The notes beneath the pieces are model-generated. The model saw only the letters and a program-made list of their open reading frames with translations. It did no database searches and was not told the origin of the DNA. Below are positions 25,951 through 35,425 of a stretch of DNA of 62,501 nt, one piece after another. Each line of letters opens with the position of its first letter. The stretch's first letter is position 1. The position numbers were made by a program, and so were the translations under genes. This stretch comes from a virus (Duplodnaviria > Caudoviricetes): IMG/VR virus record IMGVR_UViG_3300017992_000027, positions 1-62,501 of that record, one strand, 5' to 3'.

Positions 25951-28900
25951 ACATAGTATTGTCCGTGGATACGAAGAGAAAGAAGGCATAGTCCTATCTC
26001 TCTATGACGGAGAGAAGATTGAACGAAAGTTTCTGAGGTTTCAAAATTACTTCTATGTGCGAAGCGATGAGTTCGAGATACATAAAGAATCGTTTGAATA
26101 TCAATGGAGTAAGATCACTGATCAAGTTCATATGAACGCTAAGAATTGTGATGCCAACGGTCCACGTGTTGTTGAATACACGAAGATCTTATTGCACAAC
26201 AATTGGATGCGAACGAAGATACGATCATGGTTCGAAGATCGTAGCATCAAGACGTTTGAGGCTGACGTCAAAGCAACTAAGAGATTTCTTATTGACAGAC
26301 ACGAAGTGGGACTGAACTCACATCTACAGAACGTACTCTTCTTTGACATTGAGACAGATGACCGCAAGCCACTTAGGAAAGATGATCGCGGTAGCGTGAT
26401 TGCTCAAGGACCAGTGCTCAGCTTCGTTGGTGTCAATGATAAAGACGAATTGTTCATGTTCGTGAATGAAGGTGATGATCCAGAAGACGGGGAACGCGCT
26501 CTGTTAGTGAAGATCTCAGAAGCTATCTCTAAGCATTGCATCGTCTCAGGCTGGAACTCAAGTAATTTTGATTGTCCATATCTTAAACAGAGAATGGCAC
26601 TGCACGGTGTAGACTGCTCATGGGAATACTTGAATGAGCTAGACTACCTCGATCTGTTTCGAAAGAACTATCGTCAGAGTCTTCCTAGCTACAAGTTAAA
26701 CAATGTAGCAAAGAGAATTATCGGAGAAGAGAAGCTTGATCAAGCAAAAGGAAATGGCGCAGTGTATCGTGCATGGAAAGACAACCGCGAACACTTCCTT
26801 GCGTACAACAAGCAAGACGTAGATCTGATTGTGAAGATGGATAAGTCTCTGCAGTTCATATCGCTGCATAAAGCCATTGCTGAGCAAGCTCACTGTTACA
26901 TATATGAGACCATGCAAAACTCTCTTAGCATGGACGTCATGCTCCTTATACGGTACAAGAAAGCTGGTATCATCATGCCAAGCAAACCAACTCAAGTAGA
27001 AGTACAGATCAATGAATCTAAAGGTCGCATCGGCGGCGGGTATACAACATGCTTCGAACCTGGAGTGCATGAACAAGTAGAAGTGTTTGATTTCAAGTGC
27101 GTTGATGAAAACGCTATCGTAACAACAGCTAAAGGTTTTATTAAAGCGAAAGATGTGCAAATCGGAGATGAAGTATTAACCGATGCAAGAATGTGTAAGG
27201 TGTCAAATAAAGTATTCACTACACATAAATCATATGTCAAGATAAAAGTAGATACAGGAGATGAGCTTTGTGTTTCTCTTGACCATAGACTACCGACGGC
27301 CGATGGTAAATTAAAACAAGGTAGAGAGTTGCAGAAAGGAGATAATCTTATTGTTAATGTAAGATGTTTACCCGAGAAGAATGGCGACGGGTTTAAACAA
27401 TTGTGTTTTTTGGCTGGTGCTTGGTTTGCTGAAGGAGGTGTCGTGTCTGGTAGAGCCGACAATCCGTATATATACAGAGTCACTTTTTCTTTGCATAAGA
27501 AAGAGCAAGAGTTTGCAAAGAAAATTAGTTCCATCATTAACGAAAACACGGATGCTAAGATTAAGACTGTCTATAGAAAAAATACTGATGGTATGAAACT
27601 AGTCGTTGACTCAAAAGAATTCTTCAAGTTCTTTACAACATTCATGGAAAAGACTTTACCATCATCTTTAATGAATGAAGAAAACGCTCGGGCGTTCTTA
27701 CAAGCATTTTTTGAAGGAGATGGCTCGTATAATATCTGTAGGGAAACTGTTGAATTAAATCAATGTCACAAAAAGAAAGAACGTTTAATGCTTGCTCATT
27801 ATTTGCTTCGCGCTCTCGGAATCCAATCTCGTACTAATCAATATACAAGCACAAATCAAACTGAAAAATCATTTAAGACTTGGAGATTAGAAGTTAGGGA
27901 TGTGGAAGGATTCGAAAAGCAAGCTGGCTTTTTCTTGAAAGAAAGAACGTTTGAGTATGAACGTAATTTGCGAAAGAAAGGGAAAATAGTTTCGGTTGAA
28001 CATGTACATGAGAGGATGAAGATGGTTGACCTTACAATTGAGGGGCATCCATATTTTATTGTCAATAATATCCTCTCTCATAATTCGTTCTATCCGAGCA
28101 CGATCGAGACTTGGAACTTATCACCAGAGACGTTACTTGCACAGGAGCAGGAAGGTTGTATCATTACTCCTGATGATACGAACGATGACACAGGTGGTGA
28201 ACGACATCACCCACACAGATATTACTTACGTGAGAAAGGCATAGTACCACAGACTGTACGTGAGCTTGTAGATGAACGTGATAAAACGAAGTATGCTATG
28301 AAGGAGTTCATATCTTCTGACCCAGACAAGTACCGTAAGATGTACCTGCACCAATATGCACTGAAGGTGTTGAGCAACTCTATCTATGGAATTCTATCAT
28401 TCTCCCGTGCCAGATACTATTCATTTGAACTTGGAGATAGCGTTACGACTTGCTGTCGTGCTCTAATCAAGTCTCTAAACAAATACATTGAAGCGAACAG
28501 CGGAGTAGTCATCGGAGGAGATACAGATTCTTCATTCGTTAAGTTTCCACCTGGCTCAGACATGAAGATAGTTGATAAGATGATCGCTGACTACTTAGAT
28601 GAGTGGATGGTGCAGTGGAAGACGGATGGACACTGCCAAGTGTTTGAGCATGAGAAGACTGTAGCGCCAATGCTCTTCTTGAAGAAGAAGAACTACGCGT
28701 ATCTCTGTGAAGCAGAGAAGAGTGAAAAGAATCCGCATGGCCTGACTGTGAAAGGTCTTGCTGGTAAGAAGAGCGATGCAAATCCTCTAGCTGGTAAGCT
28801 TCAGAAAGAATACGTACTCGATGTGCTTCTGAACCGCTTCGATAAACAGAAGTGGCAAGAGTTCTTGGATAAAGAATACGCTCGATGTATCGCCGGTGAA

Positions 28901-29350
28901 CTAGAATTGAAAGAGATCCTTATGAGCAAAGCCGTCTCTAAGAATCCAAGTGACTACGGTGGCCCAGTCATTGATAAGAAGACTCGACAGCCGAAGATCA
29001 AGAAAGACGGTTCAATACAGATAAGACCGATTCCAGCTCACGTGAAGATCGCACTTCGTATGCTTGACCAAGGTGAGCTCGTTGATATTGGTACAAAGAT
29101 CCGCTATGTTGTAGTAGATACGAAACCGATCAACGGTCTATCTCAATCTGAATATGAAGCGCACTCTGCAGCTGGCGGTACGTATGATGCAAAATACTAT
29201 TGGGAAAAGATCATCACACCACTGTTCTCTGTTATGCTTAGAGCAAATGATGAGCGGTACATGATTGATTATTCAACGCTTCATGTTCCCAAGAAGTTAA
29301 TTGCAAAGATCGCGAAAGAGCAAGATACAGATGAAGAGGAGGATGATTAA
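25943..29350 (+). CDS. polB: Family B DNA polymerase (RNA-primed) containing an intein
   Basis: ExoI FFDIET, ExoII WNSSNFD, ExoIII YNKQD, region II DFK|SFYPS, KVLSNSIYG, GDTDS; likely start MTEHS at 25943. Confidence 0.95.
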   Translation: MTEHSIVRGYEEKEGIVLSLYDGEKIERKFLRFQNYFYVRSDEFEIHKESFEYQWSKITDQVHMNAKNCDANGPRVVEYTKILLHNNWMRTKIRSWFEDRSIKTFEADVKATKRFLIDRHEVGLNSHLQNVLFFDIETDDRKPLRKDDRGSVIAQGPVLSFVGVNDKDELFMFVNEGDDPEDGERALLVKISEAISKHCIVSGWNSSNFDCPYLKQRMALHGVDCSWEYLNELDYLDLFRKNYRQSLPSYKLNNVAKRIIGEEKLDQAKGNGAVYRAWKDNREHFLAYNKQDVDLIVKMDKSLQFISLHKAIAEQAHCYIYETMQNSLSMDVMLLIRYKKAGIIMPSKPTQVEVQINESKGRIGGGYTTCFEPGVHEQVEVFDFKCVDENAIVTTAKGFIKAKDVQIGDEVLTDARMCKVSNKVFTTHKSYVKIKVDTGDELCVSLDHRLPTADGKLKQGRELQKGDNLIVNVRCLPEKNGDGFKQLCFLAGAWFAEGGVVSGRADNPYIYRVTFSLHKKEQEFAKKISSIINENTDAKIKTVYRKNTDGMKLVVDSKEFFKFFTTFMEKTLPSSLMNEENARAFLQAFFEGDGSYNICRETVELNQCHKKKERLMLAHYLLRALGIQSRTNQYTSTNQTEKSFKTWRLEVRDVEGFEKQAGFFLKERTFEYERNLRKKGKIVSVEHVHERMKMVDLTIEGHPYFIVNNILSHNSFYPSTIETWNLSPETLLAQEQEGCIITPDDTNDDTGGERHHPHRYYLREKGIVPQTVRELVDERDKTKYAMKEFISSDPDKYRKMYLHQYALKVLSNSIYGILSFSRARYYSFELGDSVTTCCRALIKSLNKYIEANSGVVIGGDTDSSFVKFPPGSDMKIVDKMIADYLDEWMVQWKTDGHCQVFEHEKTVAPMLFLKKKNYAYLCEAEKSEKNPHGLTVKGLAGKKSDANPLAGKLQKEYVLDVLLNRFDKQKWQEFLDKEYARCIAGELELKEILMSKAVSKNPSDYGGPVIDKKTRQPKIKKDGSIQIRPIPAHVKIALRMLDQGELVDIGTKIRYVVVDTKPINGLSQSEYEAHSAAGGTYDAKYYWEKIITPLFSVMLRANDERYMIDYSTLHVPKKLIAKIAKEQDTDEEEDD
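27098..28084 (+). mobile_element. Intein with LAGLIDADG homing endonuclease (329 aa)
   Basis: Begins CVDENAIV and ends ILSHN before Ser; splits DFK-SFYPS; LAGAWFAEG and FLQAFFEGDG motifs; visibly more AT-rich than its flanks. Confidence 0.92.
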
Positions 29351-30335
29351 AATGCTAAATACTAGAGTATTGAAAAAGCTTACAGACAACGTTGAGGTTC
29401 TTGATCTCTTTGAGCAGATGGCTGACAAGATTGACGAGCTAGAGAAACGAGAACCCTCCGAACCATCGCAACGTATGAAAGATACAATGGTCCAACTTGA
29501 AGAAGATATGTCTTCACTTGAACACGATGTTCATATGCTGAACGATGAAAATTTAAAGAGATGGGCAAAACGAATGGAGAAGAATAAATGAAAACGACAA
29601 CAGTTAACACGGTCTTCGCGTGTGATGCATGTGAGAAGAATATTGAACGACAAGCTGACGCAGAAGGAAAGAACAGCTATCCTTATGAAGAAGGTTGGGT
29701 ATTCTTGTATAATCTAAACTTTCAACGGAAAGCGCACGGTTCTGTACCAAGAGTTGAGCGGACCGAATTTAGAGAGAAGCATTTCTGCTCAAGGAATTGT
29801 TTCATTGCATTCGTTGATGTAAACTCTAAAGAGGCAAAAAATGATAACGATCAAACTACAGAATAAGCAAGTCATCGAGATTGATGCTTCTGATGCAGAA
29901 ATGAAACAAGCGCGTAAGAAGTGGGACGAAGGAATAAGCAATCTCGTGATACATGCAAAAGATGGAAGTGAGTATCTTATCGTACGAAGAGATGTCGATT
30001 TGATTCAGTGGGGTGGAACATGAAGACGATAACAAAAGTTAAGATTCTGCATTGGTTCGGTAAGCTGTTTGATAGAGAGTACCGAAGACGTGCAAAGAAG
30101 TGGGAGGCACATGAACATGGAACCAGTAAAACTAGAAGAAACAACACAAGGTAAACAACTGACGCTTAGTCCAAATGACTTCGAGGCGTTCAAGAATATG
30201 AAGCATGAGAAGAAAGTGGAAACTCTCTTAAAGATTCTACAGGACAAACAATATGTGGACGTTGACATCTACATGGAGAATTCATTCTCGAAGATCATAC
30301 TCTTTCGTCCGTGGACTGAAGCTGATCTGTTATAA
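29343..30335 (+). other. Cluster of small hypothetical genes
   Basis: Coiled-coil ORF ending 29591, Zn-binding 29588-29866 (CDAC..HFCS..C), 29841-30023, and ORF ending 30335. Confidence 0.5.
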
Positions 30336-30341
30336 TGGCGA

Positions 30342-30632
30342 TCAGAATTCAGTGCGATCATTGTCAGGATCTACTAGATCATCAACCGTTGAAGCTGACA
30401 TACTTCGACGCTCAGATTGAGGAGGACGTTGTTCTCCACTTCTGTAACTTTTCTTGTCTGTCAGCTTGGCTCGGTCGAGTACGTCCAGCCCCATAACATC
30501 GCCTGTTTCCTGATGGAATTTTCTAGCGAACAGATAGCTGAAGCCGTGGGAATCAACTTGACCAGCGGGTTCATCTGTTACGAAGAATCCGTAGAACCTT
30601 CCTTGATCGTCGATCTGATTGTAGAATTTCAT
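30342..30632 (-). CDS. Hypothetical protein
   Basis: Last gene of the early block; GGGAGTGA RBS. Confidence 0.5.
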   Translation of the reverse strand: MKFYNQIDDQGRFYGFFVTDEPAGQVDSHGFSYLFARKFHQETGDVMGLDVLDRAKLTDKKSYRSGEQRPPQSERRSMSASTVDDLVDPDNDRTEF

Positions 30633-31057
30633 CTGTCACTCCCGTCTTTCCAGAATTTGGTTCGCTTGAGGTAGTGCTCTCTTCTGTCGTCATCCCAGCT
30701 CTCCATCCGAGTAATGTTACTCATTCTGTCTGCAAGCTTGATCAAGATTGCGTCTTTGCTCTTCAACCTCGGGAAGTAGTACCCATAGTTATCTTTCCTT
30801 CCTTCATGCGTGACTTCATACACGAGGTCTGCTACACGCTGCGGGAACTCGCGTACTAGATCTTCATAGGTTGTATCGGTGTCCTCAATCACATCATGAA
30901 GTAGAGCTGCAGCGAGCATCTCTACATCTTCAGTGACCTGTGCTACGATCTCCATGACATGCTGACAATGGTTGAAGTAGGGATCGCCGTTGTCGTCCAC
31001 CTGCGAGGCGTGTGCCTCCCGCGCGAAGTTGTATGCCTTGGTGTAGAGGTCAGTCAT
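30629..31057 (-). CDS. HD-domain hydrolase, RelA/SpoT (Mesh1/SAH-like)
   Basis: FAREAH.SQ...G.PYFNH, AALLHDVIEDT, IKLADRMSN. Confidence 0.85.
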   Translation of the reverse strand: MTDLYTKAYNFAREAHASQVDDNGDPYFNHCQHVMEIVAQVTEDVEMLAAALLHDVIEDTDTTYEDLVREFPQRVADLVYEVTHEGRKDNYGYYFPRLKSKDAILIKLADRMSNITRMESWDDDRREHYLKRTKFWKDGSDR

Positions 31058-31452
31058 TGTCTCGTCGCCTTCTCATCGTCAAGCGCTTCAGGTGCTGGCT
31101 GCTGGTCTGCGTTCATCCCGCTTGTGTGCGGGTCTCCGTTCACTTCACGATTCTCTGCCGTTGTAATCCAGCTACGCTTGTGCCAAAGCCTCAATTCTCG
31201 TTGTCTTCGTTCAGCATGAGCGAGTTCCCAAGCTTCTTCACTTAGCTTACACCAATGTGTCCCTTGTGAATTATGGTGCCGTATAACTATACGTCCAAAG
31301 CTAACAAAGCTTTCCTTATTCCAGCGGTTAGCAATTGCCATATCAATATCATTCATATGACGAGTGTCAACTCTACCACCAAAATCTACTGCCCGCGTCT
31401 CAAGAAAGAGTAACAGACTTCGTTCATCTTTACTCATCTCAGATAATTTCAT
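31054..31452 (-). CDS. Hypothetical protein
   Basis: 132-aa ORF with ATGA overlaps. Confidence 0.55.
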   Translation of the reverse strand: MKLSEMSKDERSLLLFLETRAVDFGGRVDTRHMNDIDMAIANRWNKESFVSFGRIVIRHHNSQGTHWCKLSEEAWELAHAERRQRELRLWHKRSWITTAENREVNGDPHTSGMNADQQPAPEALDDEKATRQ

Positions 31453-31661
31453 ACCTTTCCTCCGGTCATTGCGATCGCCTGATCAAATGGAAACTTCGCT
31501 CCATACTTACAGATGATCTCTACATCTTCGTCTGGAGATAACCCCTTGCCTTTTCCGATGTACGCCTTATCTTCAAAGCCGTTGTTCATTGCGACTATGC
31601 CGATGGTGTCACCGTCCCATAGGGTGAACCAGACTACACCGTACACTTTATTCTCGGTCAT
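31449..31661 (-). CDS. Hypothetical protein
   Basis: WFT...IGIV...KAYIG.G.G...ED...I..YGAKF; likely start MTENK. Confidence 0.55.
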   Translation of the reverse strand: MTENKVYGVVWFTLWDGDTIGIVAMNNGFEDKAYIGKGKGLSPDEDVEIICKYGAKFPFDQAIAMTGGKV

Positions 31662-32083
31662 TGTATCCTCCAGCTTTGTATGTGCCAAGCTTCTTCAATA
31701 CTCTTGTCAGCTCGAGCCTTCAATTCTTTGAGCGACTTGATTCTTTTGTCAGCTTGCTTCTTGTAGACGTTGGCTTCCTCTCGGGTTGTTGGAACATAGT
31801 AGCTCCAGTCTTCCCCTATCAATTCTGCTACGACAAAGCAGTTACTTCTTCGTCTAAGCTTAGAGATAGAGCGGTGAAGCATATCTGTGAGAATAAATTG
31901 ATTCAACTCCTTCATCTCAGATCGCTTCAGACCGTAGACCTTCTCAAACATCTTCACTCTCGTGATGGCGTTCTTCTTTCCGATATGACTTCGCATCAGG
32001 TCCATGATGTCTTCGGCTACAATACCGACAGTCACATCAACCCATTCGAACTTGGATTTCTGCTTCAGTTCAAGCACTTGCAT
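31658..32083 (-). CDS. Winged-helix protein
   Basis: HIGKKNAIT...ISKLRR...YYVPTTREEA; likely start MQVLE at 32083. Confidence 0.55.
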   Translation of the reverse strand: MQVLELKQKSKFEWVDVTVGIVAEDIMDLMRSHIGKKNAITRVKMFEKVYGLKRSEMKELNQFILTDMLHRSISKLRRRSNCFVVAELIGEDWSYYVPTTREEANVYKKQADKRIKSLKELKARADKSIEEAWHIQSWRIQ

Positions 32084-32420
32084 TTTGCTTCTCCAAGTAA
32101 TAGTATCGGGCGTTGATCTGTGACTTCCTTCTGTTCGGTAGCTTTTCTTCCAAATACGCAATGTTGTTTGCTACAGATTTTCTGTTGTCCCAGAGCTTAT
32201 CGAATAAAGCTTTCTCTGCCTCAGTCCAGGGATTGTATCCCTTCTTCGTCGTTGTCATCTTCTTCATTGGTTGCACCACGTGTAGATTGACTAGCTTCTT
32301 TGAGAGCGTCATCAATCCTTGGAGCTCACTTGCGTCAAGAGTTGACGGTATCATGAGCTTCACAGCCACGTAGTCGTTTATGTTTATTGTGTGCTCGAGG
32401 AGCACTTCTTTGTCTTTCAT
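32070..32420 (-). CDS. Myb/SANT-like DNA-binding protein
   Basis: PWTEAEKALF..LW...LEEKLPNRRKSQINARYYYL. Confidence 0.55.
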   Translation of the reverse strand: MKDKEVLLEHTININDYVAVKLMIPSTLDASELQGLMTLSKKLVNLHVVQPMKKMTTTKKGYNPWTEAEKALFDKLWDNRKSVANNIAYLEEKLPNRRKSQINARYYYLEKQNASA

Positions 32421-32653
32421 GTTGTTTCCCCTGTTATACTTTTCTTACCGTTCAGCACGTCTTTGTGTGCTCGTATGTAAGCGTCAATCTCGGCTTCAGT
32501 ATGTTTGAGCCGAATATGATCAAAGATCCTGCGCCTGAGCGCGGTCTTGTTTCCTTCCATGTGTGTTACCCAATTACACAATGGACATGTAACTAGCGCG
32601 GTCTTCGCTACTAGTCTAGCTTTGTGTGCTCTCATGAACCACATCCCGGACAT
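32417..32653 (-). CDS. C2H2 zinc-finger protein
   Basis: CPLC...HIRLKH. Confidence 0.6.
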   Translation of the reverse strand: MSGMWFMRAHKARLVAKTALVTCPLCNWVTHMEGNKTALRRRIFDHIRLKHTEAEIDAYIRAHKDVLNGKKSITGETT

Positions 32654-33371
32654 TCGTAGTAGACTTCATCGAGCTCATCATCCGCGGCTACGATAACTAG
32701 TTTGCTTCCGCAGTTGGTGCATAGTCCTTTCTCTTCGACTTCAACCATGCACGTGCTGAGATCGCCTTCAGGCGGGAAGTGCTCTGCATTGAAATCAAGA
32801 TCGATGTGTTTGTCGCAATACTCGCAATAGACGATGCTCATTTCATCTTCCTCCTTCGTACAGGACGTAAGCATTCACAGCGTTCTTTCGGTCCTTCAAC
32901 TCCAGGCGAAACATAGGGTAATTCGCACTTATAGCACGTTCCGCAGAACGGGCAGACGTTGAACTCCATCCAGCGATCTTTACCGCATCGTTCGCATTGC
33001 TTGATCTTTGCCATCATGCTTCCTCCTTCTTGAGAGGCGGGTATCTGTCTCCACAGTTAGCGCAATAAGGAACGTCTTGCAGATAGCCTTCGTCCATCAT
33101 CATCTCTCCCTTGTGCACAACTGCGTTACAACATTGGGTTCTTTTGTGAAGTAGCTCTGCGTCTCGTTTGTCTTCCATTGTCTTCTCCTCAGCAGTAGCA
33201 ATCGCACCGCGGCTTTCCACACAATGTGCAGATGTCGTTGATGTCGATGCACTTCTGTCTGATCTCTTCCATGCAATCGTGGCAAGCGTGCGGGACGAAC
33301 AGACCCTCCAGCCTGTTCGTCTTTTTCCCGCAGTGCTTGCACGTTTGTCTAGTCGTTGTCTGTACTGTCGC
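32632..33371 (-). other. Run of four Cys-rich Zn-binding microproteins
   Basis: 32632-32841 (MSIVYCEYC), 32838-33014 (MAKIKQCERC, not in ORF track), ORF ending 33014 (QCC..CANC), ORF ending 33189 (CKHC..CHDC..CTLC); each with a GGAGG-type RBS. Confidence 0.6.
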
Positions 33372-33519
33372 CATCGTCTTCCTCCTCAGCAAAAGCTTTG
33401 ATCGCGTCAAAATGCTCAACGATCAATTGCGCTTTCTTCTTCCCGAACTTAAATGGGAACTTATCATCTGGGTTTAGCACGAGAAGTTTGTGCCCTTTGT
33501 ATTCTGTAAATTCAGTCAT
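33349..33519 (-). CDS. Small hypothetical protein, possibly PC4-like
   Basis: EYKGHKLLVL..FPFKFGKKKAQLIVEHFDAIKAF. Confidence 0.5.
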   Translation of the reverse strand: MTEFTEYKGHKLLVLNPDDKFPFKFGKKKAQLIVEHFDAIKAFAEEEDDGDSTDND

Positions 33520-33730
33520 TGTCTTCTTCATCCTCTTCTTCGTCTCTAGTTGCTGTACCGGCTTGGGTGTTGTTGACTGTTACGAGGTCAACTACCATAG
33601 TGTTCGATACAACACCTACGTTGTCGCGAGCAATCTCTTCAGCTTGCATCTTCGCGTCTTCTTCGTTGTCTGCCTCAACTGAGACAGAGACTTCGATGTC
33701 GCATGATACGTCTACGATGTAGTTTACCAT
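33512..33730 (-). CDS. Small acidic hypothetical protein
   Basis: VEADNEEDAK..A motif common in phage early proteins. Confidence 0.55.
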   Translation of the reverse strand: MVNYIVDVSCDIEVSVSVEADNEEDAKMQAEEIARDNVGVVSNTMVVDLVTVNNTQAGTATRDEEEDEEDND

Positions 33731-33907
33731 CTAGCAGACCTCGAAGTATTCACCAAGCACGTTGAGCAGGTGATTGTAGTCACCGCTTGTTGCTTCGGTT
33801 CGGATCTTGTTCCAATCCATATCGTTCTTTTCAGCAACTCGTCTTGCCTTCCCAAGTAGAGCGAAAGCGTTGCCGTCTGTTCCAATTATTTCTAGTTCAG
33901 GTTTCAT
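33731..33907 (-). CDS. Small phage-type protein (58 aa)
   Basis: Not in the ORF track; MKPELEIIGTDGNAFALLG...SGDYNHLL; strong RBS. Confidence 0.65.
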   Translation of the reverse strand: MKPELEIIGTDGNAFALLGKARRVAEKNDMDWNKIRTEATSGDYNHLLNVLGEYFEVC

Positions 33908-34415
33908 TTGTGTCTTCCTCCTTGATGTACCGACTAGATACTACGGATGTCTTACATGTGTTGCAAGTAGCGGTTTGATGAACTCGTCTTGCTCGAACGA
34001 ACGGTTCAAAACAAGCGTTTGGACATTCAATGCGCCAACCCCGAGTGCGTTTAACTGGTACACCCATGTGTAAGCGGGTACCAGATCCTCCCATCGAAAT
34101 GAACTTCTGTCTCCAGACTGGAGAGTGGTGTTCACCTGGACAGAGGGCGTGTGCTGCCTCATGGATCACGGTGTCTTTGAGCTCTTCCCATGGACTCTGC
34201 TCGACATGATGCTTGCTGATAAGAATCGTCTTCTTTCGTGGCATGCATCGTCCGAGTGTCCTGAAGCCTGAACCCCAACGGAGAATCCAGTCATGAAGAT
34301 CGTACTTGGTCTGGACTTCTTCCCAGAAAGCACGAACCTGCTTTTGCTTCTCCGTCTCGGCTGCTTGCTTCCGAGCGAGTCTTCGTTCTTTTCGGCGTTG
34401 TTTTTTGTCGGTCAT
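33897..34415 (-). CDS. SprT-like zinc metalloprotease
   Basis: LGRC, HEAAH (HExxH), HHSPVW, C-terminal CxxC pairs; first gene of the early block. Confidence 0.8.
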   Translation of the reverse strand: MTDKKQRRKERRLARKQAAETEKQKQVRAFWEEVQTKYDLHDWILRWGSGFRTLGRCMPRKKTILISKHHVEQSPWEELKDTVIHEAAHALCPGEHHSPVWRQKFISMGGSGTRLHMGVPVKRTRGWRIECPNACFEPFVRARRVHQTATCNTCKTSVVSSRYIKEEDTNET

Positions 34416-34677
34416 CGTAGTGTGTGTAGATCACCCCTAGAGGGGTATATATCTATAGATATAGAACCAAATACATGTTTATAAACCTTTCTCCGCCTGA
34501 TTAAAACCTTTAGATAAAGTATAGATCTATATTCTATAAATCTATATTCTATAGATCAATATTTTAGAGTAGATATGTTATTACTAATCGGTTACAAGAA
34601 TCACTCCTCTATAGGTATAACAAAGTATATAAATACCAGAACCCTAATAAAACTATCAAATAGGAGGGTGACACACC
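34416..34677. promoter_or_regulatory. Divergent AT-rich control region with palindromes and 15-bp tandem repeats
   Basis: 16-bp palindrome at 34448-34463, 12-bp palindrome at 34520-34531, three tandem 15-bp units at 34524-34568, TATA boxes facing both ways. Confidence 0.65.
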
Positions 34678-34899
34678 ATGCCAAGATATGACGAAGAAAC
34701 ACAAAAGAAAGCTTTGGCTCTAGCACAAAAGGGCACACCACTGAAAGAAGTACAACGACAAGTCGGACCGAATCCAAGCGCTATCAAGAGATACGCGAAG
34801 AAGCTCGGAATCAAGCTGCCAAAGAAAGAAGCAGCACAGAAGAAACCAGCTGCATCGAAACCTGCAGCAAAGCCGGCGACGAAACCTGCAGCGAAGTAA
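34678..34899 (+). CDS. HTH protein with Lys/Ala/Pro-rich histone-H1-like tail
   Basis: YDEETQKKALAL..G.PLKEVQRQVG HTH plus KKPAASKPAAKPATKPAAK; GGAGGGTGA RBS. Confidence 0.7.
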   Translation: MPRYDEETQKKALALAQKGTPLKEVQRQVGPNPSAIKRYAKKLGIKLPKKEAAQKKPAASKPAAKPATKPAAK

Positions 34900-34905
34900 G
34901 TCTCA

Positions 34906-35424
34906 ATGATCGTAATCATTGACGGCACAGATTGTGCTGGCAAGACAACTTTGTTAGAGCGGGTGAGCAAGAAGCTCAATCGTGGAGCGATCATCAAGAA
35001 TACCTTCAAGCCGAAGGTGTCGAAAGATCACGACGCAATTAAAGTTCAATACTCACAGCTCGCTGCAGCGGGTAGAAAGCTGGTCGAGGAAGCTGGCCAA
35101 CTAATTTTCCTCGACCGCTTTTATCCATCTCAATTAGTGTACTCGGTACTGCGTGAAGACGATGAGCTTCACAATGCGTGGTACACTGGATTTGAGGTCG
35201 CAATAAGTGATATTGCCAAATACGTCTGGGTCTACGAAGATAAAGAGACTTTGGCTGAACGGTACAAGGACAGAGGAGATGAGCACGTCAATTTAGAACA
35301 GATCTACATGCTGCATGACAGGTATGAAGAATTCTTTGAACGCTGCACGCTCCAGAAGATCAAAGTTAAATCGATGGACGAGGACGCTGTAGAGCAGGTC
35401 ATTGCATTCATCGAACGAGGATAA
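34906..35424 (+). CDS. Deoxynucleoside monophosphate kinase (thymidylate-kinase-like)
   Basis: IIDGTDCAGKTT, FLDRFYPSQLVY, ERYKDRGDE. Confidence 0.85.
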   Translation: MIVIIDGTDCAGKTTLLERVSKKLNRGAIIKNTFKPKVSKDHDAIKVQYSQLAAAGRKLVEEAGQLIFLDRFYPSQLVYSVLREDDELHNAWYTGFEVAISDIAKYVWVYEDKETLAERYKDRGDEHVNLEQIYMLHDRYEEFFERCTLQKIKVKSMDEDAVEQVIAFIERG

Positions 35425-35425
35425 C

